From: Phyllosticta citribraziliensis
Lineage: Eukaryota
DNA: 64,000 nucleotides
Reading direction: 5' to 3'
NCBI RefSeq assembly: GCF_038025025.1
Contig: NW_027117338.1
Span: 434,001 to 498,000, forward strand
Translations under genes and position numbers: made by a program
Notes under the pieces: generated by a model
What the model saw: only the letters and a program-made list of their open reading frames with translations
Told to the model about the DNA's origin: nothing
Database searches by the model: none
Part shown: positions 1-12,287 of the stretch, piece after piece
How positions within the stretch are numbered: position 1 is the stretch's first letter
How the letters are laid out: the number at the start of each line of letters is the position of its first letter

Positions 1-1147
1 TGTTCTTCTTTTCTGCTTTTGTGCGTGGTATGTATTTCGTGGTGGCGCTAGGGTGGGCTGGTGTGCGGTTTTGCTTTTTTTGGGTGGTGCGTTGGCTGGT
101 TTTGTTGGCTGGCGGTCTGCGAGGACTATTTTTACTTTCTTTGCTTATTGTTGTCGTCTTTTTGTTTGCACATACATACATACATCTATCTCGCGCCGTG
201 GGAAGGGCAAGGCGAGGTGGGAACATGGGGAGTTTGAGAAAATGGGAGGAAGAAGGCGAGGAAGAAGAGGAGGAAAAAAGAATGAAGCCAATTGATGTGA
301 CTGTCGCCCCTACCAGCGCGTCCAGTCCAGTGCAGTCCATCTGCCTACCTTGTACCTACTGTACTGCATGTACATAGTACAACATACCGCAGCAGCTGGC
401 TGTGCTCGCTCCCGTCCCTCTCTCGGCCTTCCTATTCTCCTGCCCTCTCCCTCTCCCTCTCAGCCCCAGTGTCCCGTCCCCGTCCCCGTCCCGTCACCGG
501 CCGCTAGCCACCGTTCCATTCGCCGTTCGCCGGCCTCGCCATCCACCCATCCATCCGTCCGCCCGTCCGTCCATCCCTAGGTACGGAGACGAGCAGATCT
601 ATCGGCCGGCCGGCCGGGATAGGAGTGGACGTAGTTCTACAGGCCGCCGCCGCCGATCGCTGCCTTGATGACGCGTGGATCTACCCGAGGCGGTTCGGCG
701 TTTAGAGAGGAGCGAGGGGAGGGAGGCTCGGGGTTTGTTTGTCGATTGATGGGGTCGATTGAGGGAGGCGATTGATTGATTGATTGATTAGATGGGATGG
801 GATGGGGTGTCGATGGTGGTGGTGGTCAAGGACTACGGACGGAATACTCCCGTCACGTCGTCCTTCGTCCTTCGTCCTTCGTTCTTCTTCTTTTTCGGTA
901 GATATCCCCATCCATACTTACATATGGATATGTAGGTACCTACCGTAGAGCATACATACATGTAGCATGCATGCAGCATGCACACGCGCCGCGCCCTCTT
1001 CCTCCGCTCTCCCCTTCCTTCTCTCTCTTTCTCGAATCTTGCCCGCCTTGCCCCATCGCATCGACGTAAACACCTGCGCAACTACTCCACACCGGCAGTG
1101 CAATAATCCCCACCCAGGCGCTCAATCCAACCCACTCAACACTGCGC

Positions 1148-1167
1148 AAAAAAAAAAAAAAAAAAAA
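1148..1167. repeat. Poly(A) tract in a microsatellite-rich intergenic region
   Basis: Run of about 20 A. Nearby short repeats include (GATT)n, (CCATC)n and (CTCG)n. Confidence 0.8.
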
Positions 1168-3317
1168 CTCTCTGAGAAAAAATCGACAGAAAAAACTGGC
1201 ATCGCGCATCCCTCACCGGTCGGTCAATCGGTCAACACCGACATCACCACTACTCTATGTAACCCGACCCAACCCGCGCGCGAGTCAGCCATCTCGCTCG
1301 CTCGCTCGCGTGGTCGCCGCTGGGGTCCGTTGCACGTCTGTCTGTGCCCGCGGTGCGGCGGGCGGCGCGTGCGAGCGAGCGGAGCGAATGATCAGCGAGC
1401 AAAGCGAGTGACTACTAGCGTCCAGCGAGTGCTCTTTCCGAGGCTCCACTTGTTGGGCGGGCGAGTAGTGGGCGCGCGGGTCTGCCCTATGAGATTGAGG
1501 CGCGTGGTGAGTGGTAAGTGGTGAGTGGGCGGGTTGGATTATTGATGACTGTACATACTGATGCCGCAGGCAGGTTGTACATACAGAACATATGTCGGTC
1601 GGTTGTGGAGTGTGATGATGGTGGTTTGGTACGTGTGTGGGTTGAGCCGAGCTTCTCTACAAATCTTCTTTTGAGCTTTCGTATTCTGATGTCTTGTGTT
1701 GTTGTTCTTTGTATTCCTTGTTTTTCTCTACATGCGGCAAACCCTCTGCACGTACTCGTGTTGGTGTTTGCCATTGGACTGCGCGCTGCCTGTCATTGTC
1801 GAACCGCGCTCGCTCTCGCAGTCGTAGTAGTGTACGGACGAGAAAAGCGGTAGGAAGGCTATCGACAATGTCTCGTTTGCTCGTCAGCAACGTGAAGATT
1901 CAGCGCGCCGCCTGGCTTGGGACTACTCACTTGCCAATCCAGCTTTGCAGCTTGACTGCCGGCCAACAAGGAAGGAAGAAAGATGAAGAGAGAACGAACG
2001 GGAGGAGCCCAAGCAGTTGCCATCATCATCTTTCTTCTCCATGCTTCTTTGCCAATTGCCATCCATCTCCCTTCCCCTTCCCCATTTCAATTGTTTATGG
2101 AAAAGTCTCGCATCAGGCTGGCTCACAGCGACGACCATCAGCCAAGCAATGTCTTCATTGAACGGCATGCCATTGCCATCCCATCCCATCCCATCCCATC
2201 CCAAAGACATGTCTCCCAGAAATAAGACTGAATGAACCGAACTCATGGCCAACTTACATACATACCCTCCGTACAATTCTTTTTCCTTTTCACCCCTGGC
2301 GGCCCCTTCATCTCGCTACCCACCTACCCATCCCCTTCCTCACATATACATCCGATCCCCACCCATCCACCCACCCTCAACCCCTGACCCCCGGACGCCT
2401 GCCCACCCGCATACGCATGCATGCAGTCAACAAGCGAGCAGAACCGAGCCGAAGCGGCGCAGACGCATACGCATCTAGACGTGCGGCGCAGCGTTAGCAA
2501 ACGCAGGTAAGCAAAAGTCTGGACAAGGCTTTGTGCACTGGCTTACGTATGTACGTACACAAAGAGGGGTATGTGCTATATGTGGGTGTGTTGGTGACAA
2601 GCGACGGCGAGCGATGGCGGGGCTGAGGGGCTGAGGGGTGAGTTAGGTTGGCTAAGGATCGAGGGGAGGAGAGGGGCAAAGGTAGGAGAAAGGTGATTAA
2701 ACGCGCATGCCGCGGAGTTGTAGAGGTTGTTTAGATGGAAAGCGAAGCGGTCGTGTGCATGCAGAGAAAGAGAAAGCCTTGGACTGTAGCGGAAGAGAGA
2801 CAAGGCAGCGGTGGAGGACACGTCGGGTTGAGGGCCTGATTTCGCCTGTGTTCAAGGCTTCGCTTCGCTTCGTGATACATGATGTGGCATGTCTGGATCG
2901 ATATTAAAGATGATAGCAAGGAAAAGCGCAGACGGGGCGGGGCGTGTTCAAGAGCTTCAACGTCGGCACCTCCATCGCTCCTCCGTCTTTGCTCCGGGTC
3001 TTTTAGTTGCTGATTCCATGTCCAGCGTGGACGCCATCTTCTCTTCGACCACGAAGGGGCTGCAGAGCCTGTCTATCATGAGGCATGATCGGTATCCCAA
3101 GGAGTTTCTCGAATCCACCCGCTGGAACAGTCCTTCGTACAACGATTTCACCGGCACAGGTAAAGCCTGAGTGCGTCGGTGGTGCGAGAGCGGTGGCCAT
3201 GAGAAGAGGTTGACATCCAAATTGTGCACATCTCATTGAGCGATTGGAGCACGAAGCCTCTGACGCTTCCCCGTCTCTTGGTGCGAGGTGTGACTTGGCT
3301 CCTCTCAAAGACCGCTC

Positions 3318-4896
3318 TCAACACTCGGCCAACGACCGACGCGCCTGCATCATTTCCGACGCATGGCCCTGCGGCGGCCCATCCCCCTCCTCCTCATCCT
3401 CCTCTTCACCAACGCTCCTCTGCTTGCCATCCCTCGCAATCCACCTCTTAAACGCCGCTACCAAAAAATGCGCACAAAACACCTGCTCCGTCGTGTACAA
3501 AATAACCGGAATGCTCATCTTGGCCTTGGTCTGCGCGTCCAGGCCATCCCACATGGCGTAGAGCAGCGGGATGCCGAGGGCGGCCGTCTTTGCGGGGCCG
3601 CAGAAGCAGATGGCGACGGTTTCGCGCTTGCTGAAGCCGCGGATGATGTTGTGGGTGAGGCGGGGGATGGAGGGGGGAAGGCGCGCGAAGAGCAGGCAGA
3701 GGAGGGTCCAGGTGAGGTAGAGGGCGATGTTGAGGAAGACGACGAGGATGATTGTTGGTGTGGAGAGGGATTGGAGGGCTGATGTTGCGAAGCAGGAGGA
3801 GAAGGATGACCTGTGGTAGTGTACACAGTCAGTGGACAGACTTGAGCATCGCCATTTTCTAGGGCTCCATGACTGGGGATACTGTGAATCCCACCGTGGT
3901 AGTGTGAAAGGAAGAGTGTACGTACCAGATCAACAGCAGCAGACAGACCGTCCCGACTTTCCCCAGATACAGCCTCGCCACGCACCACGCCGTCCGCTCC
4001 GGCCACGCCCACCGCACGCACTGCCCAACAGCCAGCGGTAAATACACACTCAAACCCAACAGGCGAAACACACTCCTATACATGCCCGTCAGATCGCCCG
4101 CATCGCCGCCCCACGCCGCAAAGCGGTCATTCTGCGGAATCAACGCCACCGTCCAGGCAGGGCTAATGACAGGCCCAAACACATTCCCCAGCAGCACCTC
4201 GACGAGGGCCGCCGCCTCGTCGCCGCCGGCCGCGCGCGTCATGACGACGTTGGACGCAATGGTCGTCGGGATGCAAGCCGTGAGCAGCCAGCCGACGAGC
4301 ACGGCGCGGTCGATGTTGCCCGCGGCGCCATCGCCCGCGTCGATGATGCGCACCAGCACGTACACGCTGACCGGGCACAGCACGAAGCAGAAGCCCTGCA
4401 CCAGCAGGTGCAGCCGCCAGTTCAGCGCGTGGACGAGCAGCGCCCGCGGCGACAGGCTCAGCCCGGAGATGACGAAGATGATGGCTACGGCGCCGTACAG
4501 GATGCTGTATTCGGAGCGGATGATGCCGCCGTGCGCGGCGACGTGCGGGAACAGGTAGGCGAGGAGGCACACGAGGCCGAGTCCGAACATGAGCCATTGG
4601 GACAGGAGGAGCTTGAAGAGTTTGTGCAGCGGTTGGGGTAGTAAGTGGGTTTGGTGTTGACTGGGTGCACGTGTCGAGGGGGATGCGTCCGGAGATGCTG
4701 TCTGTGGGGGAGAATTGGTGGTCGGTAGGGTCATCGTTGTTGATCGCGCAGCATGCTTGTTGGACGCGTGGTGACAATCTTCCTCTTCCTCTTTCTCGTC
4801 CGGCTTTGGTGACTCTTGACGCCGCACGTCGTCTACCTCGACGCTGTTTGCCGCCCTCGTCCCGGCTCTCGGCTCCATCATGTCTTCATGGCTCAT
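3318..4896 (-). CDS. Sodium/bile acid symporter family (SBF-like, RCH1/SLC10A7-like) membrane transporter, 2 exons (intron ~3812-3925)
   Basis: Multi-TM ORF with 'HGGIIRSEYSILYGAVAIIFVISGLSL' and 'PTTIASNVVMTRAAGGD'. After a GTACGT...CAG intron it continues 'WSSFSSCF...AICFCGPAKTAALGIPLL...IPVILYTTEQ'. Start codon uncertain. Confidence 0.88.
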
Positions 4897-5874
4897 AATT
4901 CCCAGCTCTTGACCGCCGTCTCGCAATTGTTCACCCTCGAGGTGTCTCAACTTTTGTGCGTGCAAGTCGGTACGGTTCGTTGAAGCAGTGTTGCAGTAGC
5001 ATTTCTGCGGTTGAACTTTCAGCCCGACACAGCGTCAGTGCGGGCCTGCAGTGGTGATGAGTGGGAGGGGCAGGATCGTCGTTGGACTGATAAAGACCAA
5101 AGAAGCAGCTTGGGTTGCGACATCGGTGCTCGGTTAGTCGGCATGGTGCCGCCTATGTGCGCTAGCCACGATGGGTTGGCATCCAGTCTGGGGTCAGATG
5201 CACTCATTCTGCCTTGAGCCAGAACAACTACTATCTAAGAGCGTTCAAGCGACACAATCGAAGTGCCTCACCTTCTACGCATCCAGAAACCTAAGAGGGA
5301 CTCAAGTCTACCGAAAAGACAGACCACGAGCAACCCAGCATATTGCTCCATGTGCCACGACTTTTGATTTCAGACGAGACTAGAAATAACTCGCATTTAA
5401 ACACTGGTTGCACTGTACTCAACCAAGAATTTACAAAACTTACGCAGGTTGTTGCTGGAGAAGACCCACCATCAAGATGTTTGCCAATGAGCTCCGCTTC
5501 TTACAGACTCTGTCTCTGAACCGGCAGCCTCCTCGTTTCCTTGTTCTTTTTGCCTGAACTTGCCAACTCCGATACGAAATTTGGCTTAGCCGGGCGAGTT
5601 GGTCATGTCGTGTCGCCAAGGCTTTGGAACACCGCTTGCGAAAAGCGACGCAAAGCCAACAAGGCCAGGGTCCAAGTCTTCCGAGCCGACGGATGGCTCT
5701 CAAAAATGTTGCCCCATGCAGTAAAAGGAACGATTCGAAGGGTATACGGGTATAAACTTGTTGCAAACGAAGGTGACGCGATGATTTCTTCCCAACTCCG
5801 CTGCCGAGAGACCAATGTCTCTATGAAAACCCTCCCAAACGCCTTCTCCTGCAACCTCGAGGCCCCTGACGAGA

Positions 5875-6683
5875 TTACCTGAACTTGCTGACAATGACCG
5901 CAATGATTAGAATTACAAGAACCGTGATGATGGCGATGGTGATTATCCGATTCGTAGCCATCCTGAAAGCTTGTCAGTGTCACTGTTCGACATGTGCCGC
6001 GTTTAGAGGATAAGGGGAGACTCTACCTACGAGCCATCCCCCGCAAAGTTTTGATGCTCCTGTCCGTGTAGCTTTCGCTCTCGAGAAGGTTGCCTCTCGT
6101 ATGTTCGATAGTCTCTCTCTGCGCAGCCAGGTCACTCAAAGTGTTTCGGCCGATATCCTCAGTCTCCAGGGCAATGCGCTGCGACTCGCGCAGACGTCCA
6201 CTACTGCGCTCCAGCCGGTCAGTACCCGTGAGCAACTGCTGCCTTTGTTCCAGCTGGTCATCGTGCGCGGGGTCGTCTTTGTAGCGGTTGCCAAAGAGAG
6301 CGCGCTTGTCGGAGGAGAGGGACTTGAGCTTGCGGCCGAGTTCGTCAATGTCGTGTTGCAGATTGCGGAAGCGCTGGTTGACTTTGTTCTTGGCCGGGGC
6401 AGGAATGTTGGGTTTTTCGATGCGCATTTGGTCGAGCTGAGAGCACAGGTTAGTCACGCCGTGTACCGTTTTGCGCCGCCTCTTGCAATTTGGGCAAAAT
6501 TACCAGCTCCTTGGCCTCTTCCAGCGCTCTTTCAGCCTGGCGTATTGCGGCTTTTCGGGGCTCGCCGGCCAACTCCGGGATCTGATCGAGCTTTTGCGTC
6601 AGGTCGGCCTGGACGAGCTTGAGCTCAGCTTCATAGCTGCCAAAGCGCTCGGATCCGGCCTCGGAGTCGAGAATGTCGGACAT
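5875..6683 (-). CDS. VTI1: Vesicle transport v-SNARE Vti1, 3 exons
   Basis: N-terminal 'SERFGSYEAELKLVQADL...AERALEEAKEL', SNARE helix 'QRQQLLTGTDRLERSSGRLRESQRIALETEDIG', C-terminal TM 'MATNRIITIAIITVLVILIIAVIVSKFR*'. Confidence 0.93.
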
Positions 6684-7240
6684 GATGTCTTTGATGGAGA
6701 GATGTGCAGTTGGACGGTAGACGGGCGGGTCGAGAGCGGCAACAACAGAGGGTGCGCGTGGGCGAACTGGTGCCTTGGGGGTTTCAGCGGCGTATGGAGG
6801 GCGTGTCGCGAGCGACGAGGAGCGCAAGAGTCGGACTGGGGAGTGGGAGGGGTAGAGGGACGGACCAGAAGGGGCCGTCAGGTCGTGGTTAGGTTGTGGT
6901 CAAGGACGAGGGTGGTCAGTGAGCGCCAGGTGGTCTCGCCGCGGGCGGAGGAGGAAGCACGGGCTAAACCGTGTGGAGGCTGGCTTGGCACGTATCGATG
7001 GTTGTGGCTGCTCTCTCGACGACGCTAATCAAAGACGCAACCGAATTCCTTCCTGCTGCTCCTACATAGCTCTGCCTGTCTGCTTCTTGTCAATCTCGCT
7101 TCACCCTCTCGCTCGCTCCAGTTCCCGCCCGTCTGCTCTCCGCGCCATTCCACAATCCCCGCCCCAGACGTCTCTCTGAGTTGATGATGTCATTGCTCGT
7201 CCTGTGAATCCGCACCGTACCGTACATCCTCTCCCACGCC

Positions 7241-8908
7241 ATGACCAAATCGATCGCCATCGTTGGCAGCGGCGTCACGGGCATTGGCGCCTTGTATGCC
7301 CTGCGCGACACCGACCATGATGTCCACCTCTTCGAATCCAGTGACCGCCTGGGCGGCCACACTAATACCCTCGACTTCAAGCATGGCGACGAAACCGTCC
7401 CTGTCGACACCGGCTTCATTGTCCTAAACACTGCAACGTACCGTCAGTAACCCCACACTTTGGCATATGGCTGGGGTATTGATCCTGTTGCAACAGCAAA
7501 CTTTCAATCTTTCTTGAAGCACCTCAATGTGGAAACAAACAAGACGGAAATGACCTTTGGCATCTCCAGAGACCAAGGCAAATTCGAATGGGCAGGCACT
7601 TCTCTCAATGCCGTCTTTGCACAGCGCTCCAACATCTTCCGGCCATCCCATTGGCGCATGATTTTCGACATAATACGCTTCAACCAATTCGCACTAGACC
7701 TCCTCAAGGACGAGTCCAGCGTGAGCTTGAATCTAAGCATTGGCCGATATCTCGATCGCGAGGGCTATTCTGCAGCATTCAGGGACAACTACCTCATCCC
7801 CATGACTGCCTGTGTTTGGAGCACAGGCGCTGACAAGTGTGCCCTCGACTTTCCGGCCGTCACCTTGGTTCGGTTTCTGTGGAATCACCACTTGCTCAAC
7901 ACCATCACCGAGCGCCCTGCCTGGCTTACCGTCAAGGGAGGATCCAGAAACTACATCGACGCTGTAATGAAAGATTTTCCATCCGAACGCGTGCACCTCT
8001 CTAGCGGAGTAAGAAGCCTCAGGAACACTCCCGACGGCAAGGTCGCGCTCCGATTTGCCAGAGGCAGAGAGCAAGTCTTTGACCAAGTGTTGCTGGCATG
8101 CCACGGAGACCAAGCCTGGGAGATCATTGCCCCATCAGCCTCTGCCGAAGAGCTCAAGATATTGGGTGCCTTTCACACGTCGCTGAACAGAGCATATCTT
8201 CATTCAGATGTTTCTGTGAGTTTGCTTTGCGAGTCTTACAAGTATCGACGCTGACAAAAATTCAGCTCATGCCCCGCAATCGCGCAACATGGTCTGCGTG
8301 GAATTATTTGACGACCTCCAACCCGAAGGGCCCCAAAAGCTCACCTTCGGGTGCACTCGGTCTCGTTTCGTTGACTTACAACATGAACATTTTGCAGCAC
8401 ATTCCCGTTTCCAAGTATGGCCACGTACTGGTGACCATGAACCCGCCACATCCACCAAAACAAGAATTGACTCAAGGTAAACCCGATCTTGAACACAAAT
8501 CTCTTCTCTCATTCTGACAACATCGTAGCCAACATTCCGTACACCCACCCTCTCTACACTGCCAATGCAGTTTACTACCAGGGACAGCTCCACAAAATCC
8601 AAGGCACAAGGGGCGTCTTCTACGCGGGAGCATGGACTCGATACGGTTTCCACGAAGACGGTTTCCTTTCTGGCATCAACATTGCCTGCGACCACTTTGG
8701 CGGTGATGTGCCATGGGAGCGCGTCGAAACCAAGACGATCAGAGGCAACTCCCCCGAGTTCAGCACCAAGGATTACGCCGCGAGGGTCGTGATCCATTTG
8801 ATTTCTATCGTCATCAGAATTCTTGGCCTTTTATTGGCCCTCTTTACTGTCCCGAGTAAGACTACACTCAAACGGACGACAAGTAGCAGGAGGAAGAAGA
8901 TGAACTGA
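7241..8908 (+). CDS. FAD/NAD(P)-binding amine-oxidase-like oxidoreductase, 4 exons (introns ~7443-7496, 8216-8265, 8477-8528)
   Basis: Dinucleotide-binding 'IAIVGSGVTG', 'RLGGHTNT', 'VDTGFIVLN..TYPNF', and C-terminal 'GAWTRYGFHEDG'. Splice sites are canonical. Confidence 0.88.
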
Positions 8909-9217
8909 GGAGTTGGTAATGATGCGTGTTATGGGGGGAGACATTGGTGGAGCAGTTGTCCTTTTTGTCATGGCGATGCATATGCTAGGCGTTTTGCTTG
9001 CTACAGGCGTAGCCACGCTTCTCTTCTCACAATCAGAATTTGTAGCAGCTTGCTAGTTTGGATGGGCACGGACTGCTGCTGTTGAAGTTTCGAGGACAGA
9101 AATTCCGTGAAAACACATTGGCTTCTGGCTTCTGGCCTTGGCTGTTTGTAGCTCCGTTTCGTGGGTTGCAATATTGCCGAAGAATTTTGGGGCCATGGAC
9201 GTGCAAAGGACAGCAAT

Positions 9218-9829
9218 TCAGCCGTCACCAGCCTGAGCGCATACCGCCTGCAGCTGCTTGAGTGTCTCGACGGTTGCTTGACCGAGCTCCTCTCCAGCGG
9301 CAGGCTTGGGGAATTTTCCATAGCGGAGATCGCTCAGATCATCGACCGTCTTCTTGACATCGCCAAGTATCGCCTGTGCTTCTTCTTCAATCTCGCCAAT
9401 CTCCGTGTTCAAGTCGTCTTCAGCTTCCTTCATGTCTTGTAGGAGGTCCTCAATGGTTCTCTTCCCATGTCGGCGCGTAAACGCTGCATCGAGAGGTCCG
9501 TACAGGTCCTCGTCCATTTGGACGTCCAAGCGCTCGTCTGGCGTGAGCCCCGCCTCTTCCAATTCTCCCCTCTCCTCCTTTCTTCGACGCTTGGCCACCT
9601 GGCGCGCCTGCTGCTCGCCGCGCTTAGCCTCGCCGGCAATGGAGCGCTTCACATCATCAATGTCGGTGGCGCGTTGGTGCTGCAGCTCGCGATAAAGCCG
9701 CGGGATGGCAGGATTGGAGGCTTGCGAGCGCGGGAAGAGGTCGATGAATTGCTGGAGTGTGATGACGTTGGTCAGAGGAGCGGGTCGCAGGAGAAGGTCG
9801 GAGAGGATGGAGGTTTCGGTGTGCGGCAT
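9218..9829 (-). CDS. Cnl2/NKP2-family kinetochore protein, single exon
   Basis: 'MPHTETSILSDLLLRPAPLTNVITLQQFIDLFP...LYRELQHQR' N-terminus, and a coiled-coil C-terminus with 'LSDLRYGKF'. Confidence 0.75.
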   Translation of the reverse strand: MPHTETSILSDLLLRPAPLTNVITLQQFIDLFPRSQASNPAIPRLYRELQHQRATDIDDVKRSIAGEAKRGEQQARQVAKRRRKEERGELEEAGLTPDERLDVQMDEDLYGPLDAAFTRRHGKRTIEDLLQDMKEAEDDLNTEIGEIEEEAQAILGDVKKTVDDLSDLRYGKFPKPAAGEELGQATVETLKQLQAVCAQAGDG

Positions 9830-10174
9830 TGCTAAGGTAGAGCGGGTCCGGGAGCAGCGGATCGACGGCGATGGTGGAAAGGAGGAGGCAGAGATTGGAT
9901 GTTGTTTGGTGGTCCGGGAGACGCGTTGGGTTGGCACAAGCGAGGAGAGGACGACGCGCCGGGACGGACAGACAACGAGCGAAGCTAAGACGCCATCAAA
10001 CTCACCACCCACCTCACCTTCCCCAGCCCGTTCGGTTCGGCACCACCTGACGTGAAGACGCCTGGTCCTAAACACCCACCCACGCCCCAGAAAGAAGTCT
10101 GTTGCATGGTGGCCACTTCCATCCTACCCTCGCTTGCATAACCATTCATCACAACCTCTGCCGTGCCGCCAGCC

Positions 10175-12287
10175 ATGGCGCCTTCGTCCCAACCCTACTT
10201 TCAAAAGGACGAGAAGGCCTTGTGCTTCCATCACGAACTCCTGTATGAAGCAAAGGTCCTGGACGTCAAGCAGGTAGACCCGAGCGACAAAAAGTCGGCA
10301 TATCAGTACAAGGTCCACTACAAGGGCTGGAAAGCCACGTGAGTTGATGCGCCCTCTCCCTCAAGCCACCCTTGGTTCACTTCTGTCGTTGGCGAGTGCG
10401 CAGCACTTTGTCATGATCCCATCATCATTCACCTCTCGCGCCATCGCAAGAGCGTCCGCCGTCCACTTCGCCGGGCGCAAGTCATTTCGCTCGGGAAAAG
10501 AATTTTCATTGATTGCACCCATCTGCGCAAGCGCGAGCGTGCCAACAACTGACGGGGCTCACTTGATAGATGGGACGACTGGGTCCCGCAGGACCGGTTG
10601 CGCAAACTGACGGACGAGAATCGCGAGCTGGCAGCAAGTCTGCGCAAGGAGATGGAGGCCATTCGGCGCAGCAGCACTGCGGCTAAGGGCGCGTCTTCTG
10701 CGCACAAGAAGAAGGTGACGGACATGAGCTCCATGCGCGGCAGCGAGGGTCGCGAGACGCCCGCTGGCTCGACCAGCCTGGCTGGCCGTAAGAGGGGACG
10801 CGACTTTGAGATTGAAAAGGTATGAGGCTTTCCCATTCTCCTTGCACGTGATTTATACTCTTCACTTGCTTTCACTTCACTCTGTCGTCTGCGTTGTTGT
10901 TTTGTTGCTCTTGGGGCTCTGCCTCCATCTCTCTCGTCAATTACTCCTCTACACCTCTCAAACCTTCAACATCCCTTCACCCTCTACACAAATTCACTGC
11001 GTCGTTCTTGTCCGTCACTTCGCCTTCCAAACTCTTCCACCCATCATGGTTTCCACGCGAGCCAAAACAAAAGCCACGACAGAGACTGGAGCAAAGGTCA
11101 AGTCTCTGGGCCTTCACGATGCCGCCAGCTTGGAGACTCGTGTCAAAGTGTCCGATTGCAAGAATCCCGCTCCAGAGGTCCTGGGTTCTGACAAGTCGAC
11201 CACCTCGGAACGGACGCTTGAGGGACTTTCGCAAAACGGACCTCGACCGCCAAAGGGGCTGAAGCTCGCCTGCGCACATCCTACGCAGCCGTACGCCAAG
11301 GTCCTTGAAAATTGGGCAAGGGACACTGCCATCCAAGTCGAGCCTCCGCGCAAGCAGCCGCCCAGGAAAAAACCTGCCAAGAAGAAGATGACCGGCAAGG
11401 GCAAGCGTGTTAGATTTGAAGAGTCTGAGGAGCCCGAGGTGCCTTCCGGACCCCCCAAAGGAGTGAAAAGAGCCAAAACGACCACGACTGCTGAGGAAGC
11501 CCACACGAGAGTCCTCCAGAACTGGAACACGAAGCCTCGGACTCCCCACACAGTACTGCTTTCTTGCACCTGCGTTGCTTATCTGCCGTTTCTTGACTGT
11601 TTTTGCTTGTTGAGATTGACATTGAGCTCTGGCTAACATGATGCACAGGAGGAGCAATTCCGCACCAGACCGGCTGTCCGCATCCCAATGCCCGACAAGC
11701 TCAAGTCTGTGCTCGTTGATGACTGGGAGCAAATCACCAAGAACCTCCATCTCACCAAAGTTCCTAGCTTGTGTTCTGTCTCGACGGTCCTCTCCCAGTA
11801 CGAAACTCAAGAGAGGACCAAGCGCATTCCCGGCAGCGCCGACTGGGACATTCTGCAAGAGGTGATGCAGGGCATCAAGGAGTACTTTAGAAAGGCTCTG
11901 GGCCGCATCCTGCTGTACCGCTTTGAGCGTGACCAGTACTTGGAAGTGCACAAGAAGATGGAATCTCCAAACTCTCCGGGATATACGGGCCGCAGCCTGG
12001 AACAGATCTACGGGCCGGAGCATCTCCTGCGCCTGCTGGGTAAGCGTCTTGTCCAAGCACAATTACTCATCGAGCTGCGACAAGGCTGACAGTGGGCAGT
12101 TTCATTACCCGATCTGATTGCACAGACCAACATGGACCCTCAGTCGGTCAACCGGCTGCGCGAGGAACTGCTCAAGCTCACCATGTGGATCGCCAAAGAC
12201 GAAAACGCCAACAGGTTCTTCCGCAACAACTACGAGCCGGCCGACCAGGAGTACATTGAGAAGGCCAAGGGCGACGAGAAGCACTGA
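10175..12287 (+). CDS. EAF3: Chromatin modification protein Eaf3/MRG15 (chromodomain + MRG domain), 4 exons (~10175-10338, 10569-10819, 11649-12039, 12100-12287)
   Basis: Chromo-barrel 'LCFHHELLYEAKVLD...[23 protein letters not shown]'. MRG domain 'LKSVLVDDWEQITK...LGRILLYRFERDQY...IYGPEHLLRL...LPDLIAQTNMD'. Confidence 0.93.
11046..11552 (+). other. Putative alternative first exon of EAF3 nested in intron 2 (169 codons, Lys/Pro-rich)
   Basis: Good Kozak context CCATCATGG after a CT-rich leader, an open frame, and a phase-0 donor ACA|GTACTG at 11553 that would join the 11648 acceptor in frame with the MRG exon. Confidence 0.55.

Noticed and set aside
1..3300. Short ORFs in the first 3.3 kb
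   Set aside because: They translate microsatellites and homopolymers; no convincing gene model.
10977..12062. 361-aa minus-strand ORF over EAF3
   Set aside because: Antisense to the MRG exon and intronic ORF; non-ATG start and no recognisable features.
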